A stretch of 64,000 bases of DNA. It comes from an uncultured Alphaproteobacteria bacterium. GTDB lineage: Bacteria; Pseudomonadota; Alphaproteobacteria; Rhizobiales; Xanthobacteraceae. Made by a program: the position numbers and the translations under genes. The notes below the pieces were generated by a model. The model was not told the DNA's origin. It searched no databases and saw only the letters and a program-made list of their open reading frames with translations. Shown here piece by piece: positions 10,219 through 20,153 of this stretch. How positions within the stretch are numbered: position 1 is the stretch's first letter; the number at the start of each line of letters is the position of its first letter. The stretch lies in assembly GCA_963829315.1 (NCBI GenBank), contig CAWHIO010000027.1, positions 2,976 to 66,975 on the forward strand. The letters are read 5' to 3'.

Positions 10219-10265
10219 AGACTCTGACTCTGTTTGTCTAGGTTCAAATCCTAGTTCCCCAGCCA
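10219..10265 (+). tRNA. 3' half of tRNA-Gln(CTG) = att site (not an intact tRNA)
   Basis: AGA-CTCTGAC-TCTGT anticodon arm, T-arm CTAGG-TTCAAAT-CCTAG, acceptor TTCCCCA-G-CCA. The 5' half (D arm) is absent. Confidence 0.85.
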
Positions 10266-10284
10266 ATCGGACCGCCAACTGAAA

Positions 10285-12672
10285 TCACGATTTCTTTTTT
10301 GCGGTTTTCTTCTTTTTTGCGATTTTCCTTGTGGCGCGCCTTGCCGTGGCGCGGCCGGCCGGTTTGGGCCGCGGCCTGCGCGTGGCGGGAGCCGCAGGCG
10401 CCGGGGTCCCGGCAAGCAGCGGGCCGATGGTGTTGAGCGTGTGCGAGGGCAGGAAGTCCGGGTTCTGGTACAGCTCTTCGAGCTGCGTCTGCGGGATCGC
10501 GGCCGCGGCCGGCATCGTTGCATCGCCGCCGCCCTCCTGCCATGCGCTATCCCATAGCGAGGCAAGGCACAGACATCCATCCGCCATCACGTTGATCGTG
10601 CCGGCGCCGAATTTCTTCCAGAGCGCATCGGCGCGCGCTGCAGGCTTGCTTGCCTCCGACTTGACATATTGATCGATCAGGTCCGCCGGCGCTACCGCTG
10701 CAAACGTCTTCTGCATCAGCTCGACGACGGCTACCGCCGCGCTGTGTCCACCCGTCACCAGCGGCGGCTTGGCGGCGGAGGCGACCACGGAGGCAACGCC
10801 TGCAACGATTTCCGGCACATGGCGATCGACCATGTCGTCTTCGTAGGCGGAGTGAACGCCAGTGCCTCTCGGCACCTTGCCCTTCACTTTCTTCTTCGTA
10901 TCGGGGTCGCGCACGGTACCCGGCACCGGATGATCCGGATCGCCGTTGAACATGTAGGAGATATGCAGCGGCTGACAGGAATCGCCCACATAATGCGATA
11001 GAATTCCAGCCGCGCAGACGAACCGGTCGACCTGCCCTGCGCGGACAGACGAAACCATAGCATCGTAAATCTGCCAGACCCGGAACGGAAGCAGGCCGCG
11101 ACTTTCTTCCTGCGCCGGAAACTGCTTCTTCACGGCGTCGTAATACCGCTGCCATACCGCTACGGCGACGTTTTGCGGCTTGCCGTCGCATATCTCGATC
11201 AAGGTCGCACCTTCCGGAATTTTCGGGTTGAGCGTGCGATCCATGTCCGCGAAGTGATTGGCATGCTCAGGCGCTTTCATGCCGCCGCGCTTGTGGGGCC
11301 CGACTTTCCAGACCATGTCCGGAACGTCCGCCAGCGGCACGAAGTCCCGAAGGCTCAGCCCCTGCATCGCCTTCTTGTTGATGGCGTCGATGTCAAACGA
11401 GATATTATCCAGATTGGCGTTCATGAGGCTCTTGAGCTTGTCGTTCCGAATCGCACTCAATGCCCGGGTGGCAATGCTGTAATGGCCGACCGCGCCCCAG
11501 TACTCGGGCAGTCCGATGTTCCAGTCGCGCAGCAGCGTAACGTCCAGCTGATCGCATACCGTGCTGAGAAAGGTGACCAGGGCGTAAGACGACACCTTGC
11601 CGTGGTCGTCGAGAAAGACCTGGCCGCCCCACTGCAATGCGAGCGGCCTTGGGTTGGTTTTATCGCTCTCCTGATCGGCCAGCCACAGGGTTCCGGAGTC
11701 GCCATGACGCGTTCCGAGCGGCTGACCCTGTCGTGGCCCGATCAGGGCGTCGGCGACGTACTCAAAACCGCCGATCGAACGGAACCGATAAAACAGCGCG
11801 CAGAGTTCACCCTGCATGCTGCCCGAAGCCGCGCCATGCGCGCGCACCGGCGTACCGATCAGGCGCAGGGTCATATTGGAGGAATCCAGATCGGCCAGCG
11901 GACCGATCGCGCCGATGCCATACACCTGCGTGGTCCAGTCGTTCAGATCGTCGATGTCGATCAAGCCGACGTCGAGATCGACATACAGATTTTTTCCCGG
12001 CCATTCCGGATACAGTTCGGTGAACAGCTTGCGCGTGATCTGGCCCTTGGCACTGGTGCCGATCGGCACCTTGTTGCGCCCGATGATCGAACTGATGACC
12101 GTACCGGGCTCACCGGCGACGTGACGATTGGTGAGCGCGTAGGTCTTGTTGCCATCGGTGACAAGGCAACCGACCGACGCGACATGCTCGCGGTCCTGCA
12201 CTTCGCAGATGACGGGGTAGCCGCCGCCGATCAGGCTGGCCGGATAATTGAAGTTGGCGTCCTGCTCCGGGCGGATATCGTTCATCTCGGCCAGGATGAC
12301 GCAGATCGGTACCTTTTGCCCATCGGGCATGAAGACCGCCGGCGGCACCGAGTCGTCCGGATTTGTGAAATCTCCGGGCATGATCCATTTATCGACAAAC
12401 ACAAGCAAGGCAGGCCAGGAATAGGGGCGGATCTCGGAATTTCCGAGCGTGCGCGCTGACCGGGGTCCTGCGGATTCCTTGGTCATTTCCTTGGGCTGAT
12501 GCTCGGACGGCCAGGGATCGGTGATCCGAATCCGGTAGCGCCCTATCGCGGTCGCGATCACATTCGCATGATAAATCAGATGCAAATGAAAGTGCTCGCG
12601 TGCGAGCAGGAGATCCTTGAGCGACAAAAGGTTAAAATCGGTGCGTGACGCAAATAAATCCTGCGTGGCCAT
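10285..12672 (-). CDS. Nal1/trypsin-like serine protease fused to an S1/P1 nuclease / Zn-dependent phospholipase C domain, with a Lys/Arg-rich tail
   Basis: Protease triad H184 (TNRH), D234 (DLDVG), S326 (GDSG). Zn ligands W392/H397 (WGAVGH), D452, H473, H560/D564/H570 (HYVGDSCQPLH), H607/E611. Confidence 0.8.
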   Translation of the reverse strand: MATQDLFASRTDFNLLSLKDLLLAREHFHLHLIYHANVIATAIGRYRIRITDPWPSEHQPKEMTKESAGPRSARTLGNSEIRPYSWPALLVFVDKWIMPGDFTNPDDSVPPAVFMPDGQKVPICVILAEMNDIRPEQDANFNYPASLIGGGYPVICEVQDREHVASVGCLVTDGNKTYALTNRHVAGEPGTVISSIIGRNKVPIGTSAKGQITRKLFTELYPEWPGKNLYVDLDVGLIDIDDLNDWTTQVYGIGAIGPLADLDSSNMTLRLIGTPVRAHGAASGSMQGELCALFYRFRSIGGFEYVADALIGPRQGQPLGTRHGDSGTLWLADQESDKTNPRPLALQWGGQVFLDDHGKVSSYALVTFLSTVCDQLDVTLLRDWNIGLPEYWGAVGHYSIATRALSAIRNDKLKSLMNANLDNISFDIDAINKKAMQGLSLRDFVPLADVPDMVWKVGPHKRGGMKAPEHANHFADMDRTLNPKIPEGATLIEICDGKPQNVAVAVWQRYYDAVKKQFPAQEESRGLLPFRVWQIYDAMVSSVRAGQVDRFVCAAGILSHYVGDSCQPLHISYMFNGDPDHPVPGTVRDPDTKKKVKGKVPRGTGVHSAYEDDMVDRHVPEIVAGVASVVASAAKPPLVTGGHSAAVAVVELMQKTFAAVAPADLIDQYVKSEASKPAARADALWKKFGAGTINVMADGCLCLASLWDSAWQEGGGDATMPAAAAIPQTQLEELYQNPDFLPSHTLNTIGPLLAGTPAPAAPATRRPRPKPAGRATARRATRKIAKKKKTAKKKS

Positions 12673-12821
12673 GGCCAGCTCTCCACTCGGAAAAAGGGCA
12701 GCATTTCAATCGTGCAATGCCAGGATTCAAAAATGACAAGCGGTACGACGGGCAACTGACGCGATTTCCACCTCCGCATCGTAGAGGTTGTCCATGTCAT
12801 ACTCATCAACTGCGGCATTTC

Positions 12822-13399
12822 GTGGACATACCTTCGCGTTCTCGCGGCGCGGATGGCGCCGGAGGTTTTGCCGGAAGCGTCGGCCCAAAACAGAGGGCGC
12901 AGGGAATGCCAGGTGCACGCCGCACCCGCGGTCTCGTACGCAAAATGGAGAGTGGGTGCGCGCACGAGCATACGGGCTCAGCGGAGGCATCCGGCATCCC
13001 CTGCGTAATGGCTTTACGGCTTATGCCGTGCTCTCCCCGGCGACGAATTCGTCTTGTCACCGTCGTCGGCGGATTAGCGGCTGCCCAGCCCGGTCGGGTC
13101 TGGGTGAGCCACCGCCGACTTGGCACCAGCAACGGGTGTCAGGACCACACGGTTTTGCCGTACGCTTAAACGTCGTTCGTCCTGCGCACCTGCACATCGC
13201 TCACGAGGTTCAACCCGCCCTGCGACATCAATGGCGCGCCGACGCTCTTGCGTCCACCACATCCCATCCCGCGTTCGTGACGACGCGCGACCGCCCCTCT
13301 TGCCGGAACGGGACGGGGCGAATTAGGCCACTGATTTGGGGTGTCGATGAAGCGCGATCTTGCCCGTCGTGCCAATCTGCCGCAACCCGACGGGCAACC
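12822..13399. repeat. ~575-bp intergenic structured repeat, copy 1
   Basis: Near-identical to 27926..28499; many hairpins; terminal TTGCCCGTCG...CGACGGGCAA stem. Confidence 0.9.
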
Positions 13400-13638
13400 C
13401 CTTACTCGGTTGGTCTCCATGCGAGTCATCCGGACTCTCGGCAAGCCAAAACGCCCGCACCTCACGCGTGACATCGTTGGCCGGTCTCAGACGGAAAGCG
13501 GGTGGTTGTGGCGCCGAGAACTCACTATCGCTGACTACCTTGGAAGGATCCGAGCGACGACCGCGCGATATTGTTGGCGGCGCCTGCGCTAAGCCGGATG
13601 CTTCTTTGTGACAAATGGCAACAAACAGAGAGACTAAA

Positions 13639-14091
13639 ATGTCGAAGGAAGAAGAGAATAAGGCCATCGTCGGTCGCTGGTTCACGGATTTATGGGGCAA
13701 GACCTGCAATCTGAATATCGTGGACGAACTCGCAGCACCCGACATGCTGTTGCATTATTCGCTGCACGAACCCCGCCGCGGCCGCGATGACATCAAGGCT
13801 TTCATGACCGACTTCCGGAAGGCGTTCCCGGATCTCAACTTCTGGGGCGCCGCCGACCTGATCGCGGAAGGCGACTACGTCGTCGCCCGTTGGGAGGGAG
13901 GCGGTACGCATACCGGTCCCGCCTTCGATGACTTCCTGATCGGAGGCCTGCCGGCCAATTCCGGCCGGAAGATGAAGTTCACGGGAACGACCGTGCTGAA
14001 GCTCAAGGATGGCAAGATCGTTGAGGAAATCGGTCTTGACGACGGCGTCGCAGCCTTGACACAACTCGGCCTCATCAAGAAAGCTGCCTAG
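13639..14091 (+). CDS. SnoaL-like ester cyclase
   Basis: ENKAIV.RWF..LW, FPDL, IAEGDYVVARW.G.GTHTG motifs. Confidence 0.88.
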   Translation: MSKEEENKAIVGRWFTDLWGKTCNLNIVDELAAPDMLLHYSLHEPRRGRDDIKAFMTDFRKAFPDLNFWGAADLIAEGDYVVARWEGGGTHTGPAFDDFLIGGLPANSGRKMKFTGTTVLKLKDGKIVEEIGLDDGVAALTQLGLIKKAA

Positions 14092-14237
14092 TTCGTCAGG
14101 TCGTAACGGCAACCGCTTGAAAAATGAGAGGCGGCGCTTCGAGGAGTGCCGCCTCACATTGCATGGCGCAAACAATCTACCGCCGCGTTGCGGAGCCGAA
14201 ACGGCGTGTGGCCAATCATTCCATGGAGAATTCGTTC

Positions 14238-15434
14238 GTGTCGCCCTCACTTATGTCCGGTTTCCCCCCGGTCGAATCCGATCAGGTGACGCTGGCAAAT
14301 TGGCGCACTGCTCCGTACATCAAATGGGCGTTTCAGCACGTGCGGGAAATCGTGCCGTCGGCTGACGTCGCGAATTCGCCAAACGGCGTCTGGCAGTTGA
14401 GGTCCGAGCCAAGGGATTTGTCGTCGTTCTCATTCCAACACAGTGGCGAGACATATTCGCTCGATCGGTTCAATGCAGCCACCGACACTGACGGCCTCGC
14501 CATCCTGTACCGCGGCAAGGTGATCTACGAATACTACGCCAACGGAATGACTTCGAACACGCCTCACATCCTCATGTCGGTGTCCAAGTCGTTGACCTCC
14601 ATCGTTGCCGGCATCCTCATCGACAAGAGCGCTCTGGACCCGGAGCAAACGGTCGTATCGATCATTCCGGAACTGAAGAACTCGGTCTATTCCGATGCGA
14701 CCGTGCGTCACGTCCTGGATATGCGCGTCGGTCTCGATTTTGATGAGGACTACCTCGCGACGTCGGGACCGATCGTTGAATATCGCAAATCGACCAACTG
14801 GAACCCGCTCGCTCCAGGCGAACGGGCGAACGATCTCCGAAACTATCTTTCCAGCTTGAAGGACAGGGCAGGTCCCGATGGTGGACCGTTCCACTACGTG
14901 TCGACCAATACCGACCTCCTGGGGTGGATCCTGGAGCGTTCAGCAGGCACGCGGTTCGCCGATCTCATGAGCAACCTGCTCTGGCAGCCAATGGGCGCTC
15001 AGGCGTCTGCGTATATCACGGTCGACCGTCTCGGCGCGCCCCGGTGCGCTGGCGGCATATGCACCACTGTCCTCGACCTGGCGAGGGTCGGTCAACTGAT
15101 CCTGCAAGGCGGCCGCAGGAACGACCATGCGATCATACCGGCGGCCTGGATCGTGGACATGTTCGACAACGGCGATCCGAAAGCCTGGAGTGACGGCGAC
15201 ATGGTTTCGTACCTGGGCGAGCGTCCCCTGCACTATCGCAACCAGTGGTACGTTCTACGCGATCGCGCCATCGCTTTCGGACTCGGCGTTTACGGCCAGA
15301 ACCTATTCGTCAATCGGGCGAAGGAAATTGTAGTGGCCAAGGTTTCGTCTCAAGCCCCGCCGTTGGACAAACGTCTCATCGATCTGACCATCGGATTCGT
15401 GGAAGCCATCAGCGACCACATCCCCGCACGCTGA
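14238..15434 (+). CDS. Serine hydrolase, beta-lactamase family (NylB-like)
   Basis: SxxK (MSVSKS), FHYVSTNTDLLG, GVYGQ; GTG start after GGAG. Confidence 0.88.
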   Translation: MSPSLMSGFPPVESDQVTLANWRTAPYIKWAFQHVREIVPSADVANSPNGVWQLRSEPRDLSSFSFQHSGETYSLDRFNAATDTDGLAILYRGKVIYEYYANGMTSNTPHILMSVSKSLTSIVAGILIDKSALDPEQTVVSIIPELKNSVYSDATVRHVLDMRVGLDFDEDYLATSGPIVEYRKSTNWNPLAPGERANDLRNYLSSLKDRAGPDGGPFHYVSTNTDLLGWILERSAGTRFADLMSNLLWQPMGAQASAYITVDRLGAPRCAGGICTTVLDLARVGQLILQGGRRNDHAIIPAAWIVDMFDNGDPKAWSDGDMVSYLGERPLHYRNQWYVLRDRAIAFGLGVYGQNLFVNRAKEIVVAKVSSQAPPLDKRLIDLTIGFVEAISDHIPAR

Positions 15435-15535
15435 ACGTGCCTCGCTGCCTGCCTCTCCGGCGGCAGGTTAATCGCGCCCCTGCGCTGCAGATCATCCACT
15501 AACCCGGCCTCCTCGGGTCCGCGGAAACGATCCGT

Positions 15536-16447
15536 TCACGAATAGGGGTTGATCAGCTTCTGATGTTCGACGCCGAAATGCACCAGCATGTCGATGAAGG
15601 TTCTGACCTTGGCCGACAGATGATGCCGATGCGGATAGACCGCGTTCATCGAAAGCTCGATTGGCCGGTACTCCGGCAATAGCCGTATCAGCCGGCCGGC
15701 GTCCAGATCGTCGCTGACCAGAAAGCCCGGAGCCAGGAAAAGGCCGCCGCCTTCCAGCGCCGCACGGCGCAGGGTTTCGCCACTGTTGGAAATCAGGTTT
15801 CCCGTCACCCGTGCAGACGCCGGCGTGCCCTTGCGGTCAACAAAACGCCACTCGTCGCCATAGGGATAGTTGGTGTGGCGGAAGCAGTTGTGCTTGCCGA
15901 GCTCGGCGAGTTCCTGCACCCGGCCATTTCTTTCAACGTAACTGTGCGAGCAGCACAGGACGTGACGCCAGGTCGCCAGGCTGCGGACGATCAGGCTGGA
16001 ATCGGGTGGCGGTATCAGCCGGAGCGCGATGTCGAATCCTTCATCGATCATGTCGACGCTGGATTCGCCGATGATCAGTTCGACCTTGGCGTCGGAATAA
16101 GTCGCGAGGAACTGGGCGACCACCGGCGACACGAACGGCACGATATGCGTCGTGCAATAGATACGCAGCGTTCCGCGTGGCGTGGATTGCAGCGCGCCGG
16201 CGACGTCATCCGCCTGTTCCAGGTCGGCAAGAATCTGCGTGCTGCGGTCGTAATAGGCCTTGCCGATCTCGGTGAGGTTGACCTTGCGCGTGGTGCGGTT
16301 CAGCAGCCGAACGCCGAGACGATCCTCCAGGGCCTGCACGTGATTGCTGACCATCGTCGTCGACATGTTGAGCCGGCGCGCCGCGGCCGAGAATGAGCCG
16401 CTTTCGACCACCCGTACGAAGGCCGTCAGACTGGTGAAGCGGTCCAT
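15536..16447 (-). CDS. LysR-family transcriptional regulator
   Basis: GSFSAAARRL HTH, LLNRTTR and a CrgA-like substrate domain; divergent from the efflux operon. Confidence 0.95.
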   Translation of the reverse strand: MDRFTSLTAFVRVVESGSFSAAARRLNMSTTMVSNHVQALEDRLGVRLLNRTTRKVNLTEIGKAYYDRSTQILADLEQADDVAGALQSTPRGTLRIYCTTHIVPFVSPVVAQFLATYSDAKVELIIGESSVDMIDEGFDIALRLIPPPDSSLIVRSLATWRHVLCCSHSYVERNGRVQELAELGKHNCFRHTNYPYGDEWRFVDRKGTPASARVTGNLISNSGETLRRAALEGGGLFLAPGFLVSDDLDAGRLIRLLPEYRPIELSMNAVYPHRHHLSAKVRTFIDMLVHFGVEHQKLINPYS

Positions 16448-16459
16448 CGCCGAACTCCG

Positions 16460-16482
16460 ATTATCCCGTTTGACTGGATAAT
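16460..16482. promoter_or_regulatory. Inverted repeat, probable LysR operator
   Basis: ATTATCC-N9-GGATAAT between the divergent lysR and emrA-like genes. Confidence 0.45.
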
Positions 16483-16582
16483 GCTTCCAATTCTTGAGGG
16501 ATTATCACAGGAGGCCGGACGCTGCATCTTCCGACCGACAGCCGCGACCACCCCAGGCGTGCTCGGAACTCGGGAGGATACC

Positions 16583-17731
16583 ATGTCGAACGCTTCTTAT
16601 GTCTCTGAATCGCAACCAAAAATCAGTCTGAGTCCATCGCGCCAGGCAATCAGGCGGGCTGCGCTGGCGCTGGCTCTGATGGCCGGCGTCGCCGGCGCCG
16701 CCGATTTCGGCCATTACTACCTCACCACCGGCCGCTATCTCGAAACGACCGACGACGCCTATGTCAAAGCCAACTCGACGATCATCGCGCCGAAGGTTTC
16801 CGGCTACATCGCCGAGGTGCTGGTCGCAGACAACGAGCCCGTGAAGGCCGACCAGTTGCTGGCGAAGATCGACGACCGGGATTTCCGGACCGCGCTGGAC
16901 CAGGCCCGCGCCGACGTCGCGGCCTCGCAAGCCGCGGTGAACAACCTCAACACGCAGATCGAATTGCAGGCGCCGCTGATCCAGCAGCAGGCGGCCGAGG
17001 TCGACGCAACCGAAGCCAATCTGAAGTTCGCCCAGGAGGAGCGCGCCCGCTACGACGATCTCATGAAGTCGGGTTCGGGCACCGTTCAACGCGCCCAGCA
17101 GACCGACGCCGCCCTTCGCGCGCAGACCGCGCAGTTGCAGCAGGGCAAGTCAGGATTGATCGCCGCCAACAAGAAGATCGAGGTGCTGTCAACCGAGCGC
17201 GCCAGGGCCGCCGCACAGCTCGACCATGCCCGCGCCGTCGAGCAGCAGGCGGCGTTGAACCTTTCCTACACGCGGATCGCAGCTCCGGTGGACGGCACGG
17301 TCGGCGCCCGCTCGCTGCGGGTCGGCCAATATGTGCAGGCCGGAACCCAGCTGATGGCGGTGGTGCCGCTCGATGCGGTCTATGTGGTCGCCAACTTCAA
17401 GGAGACCCAGCTCACCCACATGCGCAATGGCCAGCCGGTCGAGCTGTACGTCGACAGCTTCCAATCGACCGGGCTGAAGGGCCATGTCGACAGCCTGGCG
17501 CCGGCGAGCGGCCTGGAATTCGCGCTGCTGCCGCCCGACAACGCCACCGGCAACTTCACCAAGATCGTGCAGCGCGTGCCGGTGAAGATCGTGCTCGACG
17601 GCCGAAGCCTGAAGGGCTTGCTGCGCCCGGGCATGTCGGCGGTGCCGACCGTCAACACCAGATCGGCGGTCATCGCCGAACGCGAAGAAGCCAAGCGGCT
17701 CGCGTCGCGCGGCCCCGAGCCCCGCAGCTAA
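16583..17731 (+). CDS. HlyD/EmrA-family membrane fusion protein
   Basis: TDDAYV, ANFKETQL, LLPPDNATGNFTKIVQRVPVKI. Confidence 0.93.
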   Translation: MSNASYVSESQPKISLSPSRQAIRRAALALALMAGVAGAADFGHYYLTTGRYLETTDDAYVKANSTIIAPKVSGYIAEVLVADNEPVKADQLLAKIDDRDFRTALDQARADVAASQAAVNNLNTQIELQAPLIQQQAAEVDATEANLKFAQEERARYDDLMKSGSGTVQRAQQTDAALRAQTAQLQQGKSGLIAANKKIEVLSTERARAAAQLDHARAVEQQAALNLSYTRIAAPVDGTVGARSLRVGQYVQAGTQLMAVVPLDAVYVVANFKETQLTHMRNGQPVELYVDSFQSTGLKGHVDSLAPASGLEFALLPPDNATGNFTKIVQRVPVKIVLDGRSLKGLLRPGMSAVPTVNTRSAVIAEREEAKRLASRGPEPRS

Positions 17732-17841
17732 CGAAGGTGCGTCCCGCATCTTCAAGTCCTGCTGGACAATCCTTCCAACATTAACCCGGTTATCGAAATC
17801 CCCCACCCCATGCATGCTGCCTCGCGAGCGAGGAGAGAACC

Positions 17842-19461
17842 ATGACCGCCCTGCAAACCACCATCGGTGCCATTCCCGCCAGCGAAGGCCGGCCAACCGC
17901 CACGGCTCCCGCCGCTCCCACCGTCTCCGCAAAGACCTGGCTCGCGGTGATCGGCGCCACGCTCGGCGCCTTCATGGCGGTGCTCAACATCCAGATCGTC
18001 AACGCCTCGCTTTCCGACATCCAGGGCGGGATCGGCGCGGGCATCGATGACGGCGGCTGGATCTCGACCTCCTATTTGATCGCCGAAATCGTGGTGATCC
18101 CGCTGAGCGGCTGGCTTGCCCAGGTGTTCTCGGTCCGCATCTACCTCCTGACCAACGCCGTCCTGTTTCTGGTGTTCTCGGCGGCGTGCGCGCTGGCGCA
18201 AGACCTGCCGCAGATGATTGCGCTGCGCGCCGTGCAGGGGTTTACCGGCGGCGTGCTGATCCCGATGGCGTTCACGCTGATCATCACGCTGTTGCCGAAG
18301 TCAAAGCAGCCGATCGGCCTCGCGCTGTTCGCGATCTCCGCGACGTTTGCGCCGGCGATCGGGCCGACCATCGGCGGCTACCTCACCGAGAACTGGGGCT
18401 GGCAGTACATCTTTTATGTCAACGTCGTGCCGGGCGCGATCATGATCGGCATGCTCTACTTCTCGCTGGAAGCAACGCCGATGAACCTGTCGCTGTTGGG
18501 CGAAGGCGACTGGCCGGGCATCGTCACCATGGCGATCGGCCTGTCCGCGCTGCAGACCGTGCTGGAAGAGGGTAACAAGGACGACTGGTTCGGCTCGCCC
18601 TTTATCGTCCGCCTGGCCGTCATCGCCGCGATCGCGCTGCCGCTGTTTGTCCTCATCGAACTGACGAGCAGGAAACCGCTGTTGAACCTGCGCCTGTTGT
18701 TCCGCCGCAATTTCGGCTTCGGCGTTCTCGCGAACTTTCTGCTTGGCGTTGCCTTGTACGGATCGGTCTACATTCTGCCGGTCTATCTCGCCCGCATCCA
18801 GGGCTACAATTCCGAACAGATCGGCATGGTGCTCGCCTGGACCGGGTTGCCGCAGCTTGTGCTGATCCCGCTGGTGCCGCGGCTGATGAAGCGCGTCGAT
18901 CCGCGCATCGTGATCGGCATCGGCTTCGGCCTGTTCGCTGCTTCCAACTTCATGAACATCACCATGACCAACGACTATGCGGCCGATCAACTTTTTTGGC
19001 CGAACGTTGTCCGTGCCGTTGGTCAGGCGCTGGTGTTCGCTCCGCTCTCGGCGGTCGCGACTGCCGGAATCGAGGCGGAGAACGCCGGGTCGGCGTCCGC
19101 ACTGTTCAACATGATGCGCAATCTCGGCGGCGCCATGGGCATTGCCGCTTTGCAGACGCTGCTGACCAAGCGGGAGCAGTATCATTCCAACGTGCTGATG
19201 CAGTCGGTCAGCGTGTTCGAGCAGGCTACCCGCGCCCGGATCGAACAGCTCACGCAGTATTTCATGAACCACGGCGTCATCGATCGCGTTGACGCCGCGC
19301 ACCGCGCCTATGTCGCGATTGGACATGTGGTGCAGAAGCAGGCCTTCCTCCTCGCCTTCAGCGACACCTTCTACACGCTGGGCGCGGCGCTGATCGTCGC
19401 GCTGCTGGCGGGCCTGCTGCTCAAGAAGCCCGATCGCCTCGACGGCGGCGGCGCGCATTAG
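17842..19461 (+). CDS. DHA2/EmrB-family MFS efflux pump
   Basis: WISTSYLIAE, APAIGPTIGG, MRNLGG; about 14 TM segments. Confidence 0.93.
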   Translation: MTALQTTIGAIPASEGRPTATAPAAPTVSAKTWLAVIGATLGAFMAVLNIQIVNASLSDIQGGIGAGIDDGGWISTSYLIAEIVVIPLSGWLAQVFSVRIYLLTNAVLFLVFSAACALAQDLPQMIALRAVQGFTGGVLIPMAFTLIITLLPKSKQPIGLALFAISATFAPAIGPTIGGYLTENWGWQYIFYVNVVPGAIMIGMLYFSLEATPMNLSLLGEGDWPGIVTMAIGLSALQTVLEEGNKDDWFGSPFIVRLAVIAAIALPLFVLIELTSRKPLLNLRLLFRRNFGFGVLANFLLGVALYGSVYILPVYLARIQGYNSEQIGMVLAWTGLPQLVLIPLVPRLMKRVDPRIVIGIGFGLFAASNFMNITMTNDYAADQLFWPNVVRAVGQALVFAPLSAVATAGIEAENAGSASALFNMMRNLGGAMGIAALQTLLTKREQYHSNVLMQSVSVFEQATRARIEQLTQYFMNHGVIDRVDAAHRAYVAIGHVVQKQAFLLAFSDTFYTLGAALIVALLAGLLLKKPDRLDGGGAH

Positions 19462-19493
19462 AGATTTTACACCCCCCGCAAAGGAGAAAGACC

Positions 19494-19958
19494 ATGAAAC
19501 CACGCATGAACTTCTACCAGGCCGCGCCCGAAGCCATCAAGGCGCTGAGCACGCTCGAGACCCTGCTCTTGGGCAGCGGTCTCGAACAATCCCTGATCGA
19601 ACTGGTCAAGACCCGCGCCTCGCAGATCAATGGCTGCGCATTCTGCATCAACATGCACACCCAGGATGCGCGCAAGCGCGGCGAAACCGAGCAGCGGCTT
19701 TACCTCCTGAACGCATGGCGGGAAGCGCCGCTCTATACCGACCGCGAGCGCGCCGCGCTCGGCTGGACCGAGGCGCTGACGCTGATCGCGGAAACGCACG
19801 CACCCGACGACATCTACGACGAAGTCCGAAAACATTTCTCGGAGGTCGAGACGGTCAATCTCACCATGCTGATCGGGACCATCAACATGTGGAATCGCCT
19901 CGCGATCTCCTTCCGCGCGGTGCCGCCGGTAAAGGCAAAGGCGGTCACGGCTGCCTGA
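19494..19958 (+). CDS. Carboxymuconolactone decarboxylase/AhpD-family protein
   Basis: ELVKTRASQINGCAFCINMH (CxxC). Confidence 0.92.
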   Translation: MKPRMNFYQAAPEAIKALSTLETLLLGSGLEQSLIELVKTRASQINGCAFCINMHTQDARKRGETEQRLYLLNAWREAPLYTDRERAALGWTEALTLIAETHAPDDIYDEVRKHFSEVETVNLTMLIGTINMWNRLAISFRAVPPVKAKAVTAA

Positions 19959-19999
19959 ATGCCACTTTCATCCCCATTCCAGGGTCAGGCAATAACAAT

Positions 20000-20033
20000 A
20001 AAGGCCACGCGGGCATTACACCGCGTGGCCTTT
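20000..20033. terminator. Bidirectional intrinsic terminator
   Basis: Perfect 13-bp stem AAAGGCCACGCGG/CCGCGTGGCCTTT between convergent genes. Confidence 0.7.
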
Positions 20034-20153
20034 GCGAGACTGCCCCCCAGAAATTCCGTGTCGGGGCTTGGAGTGTGCGAGCGGAGGTGCCTGTGCAGGG
20101 CGTGATGGAATTACCGCAGCACGAACCAACACGCCTCAACCAACCTGTCCGCT

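Larger units (their letters stand above)
465..10265 (-). mobile_element. Integrated phage satellite / PICI-like element at tRNA-Gln; left end not present
   Basis: Co-oriented integrase, two HTH/Xis genes, primase-helicase, TerS-like gene and small ORFs, bounded on the right by a tRNA-Gln 3' fragment; no capsid, portal or TerL seen. Confidence 0.75.

Noticed and set aside
10219-10265. Intact tRNA-Gln gene
   Set aside because: Only the anticodon arm onward is present, with no D arm or 5' acceptor strand, so it is an att remnant.
12822-13399. Protein-coding ORFs or a group II intron in the long repeat
   Set aside because: The ORFs differ in frame and length between copies. GAGCCCGTATGC only loosely resembles domain V, and there is no canonical D5/D6 or RT gene.
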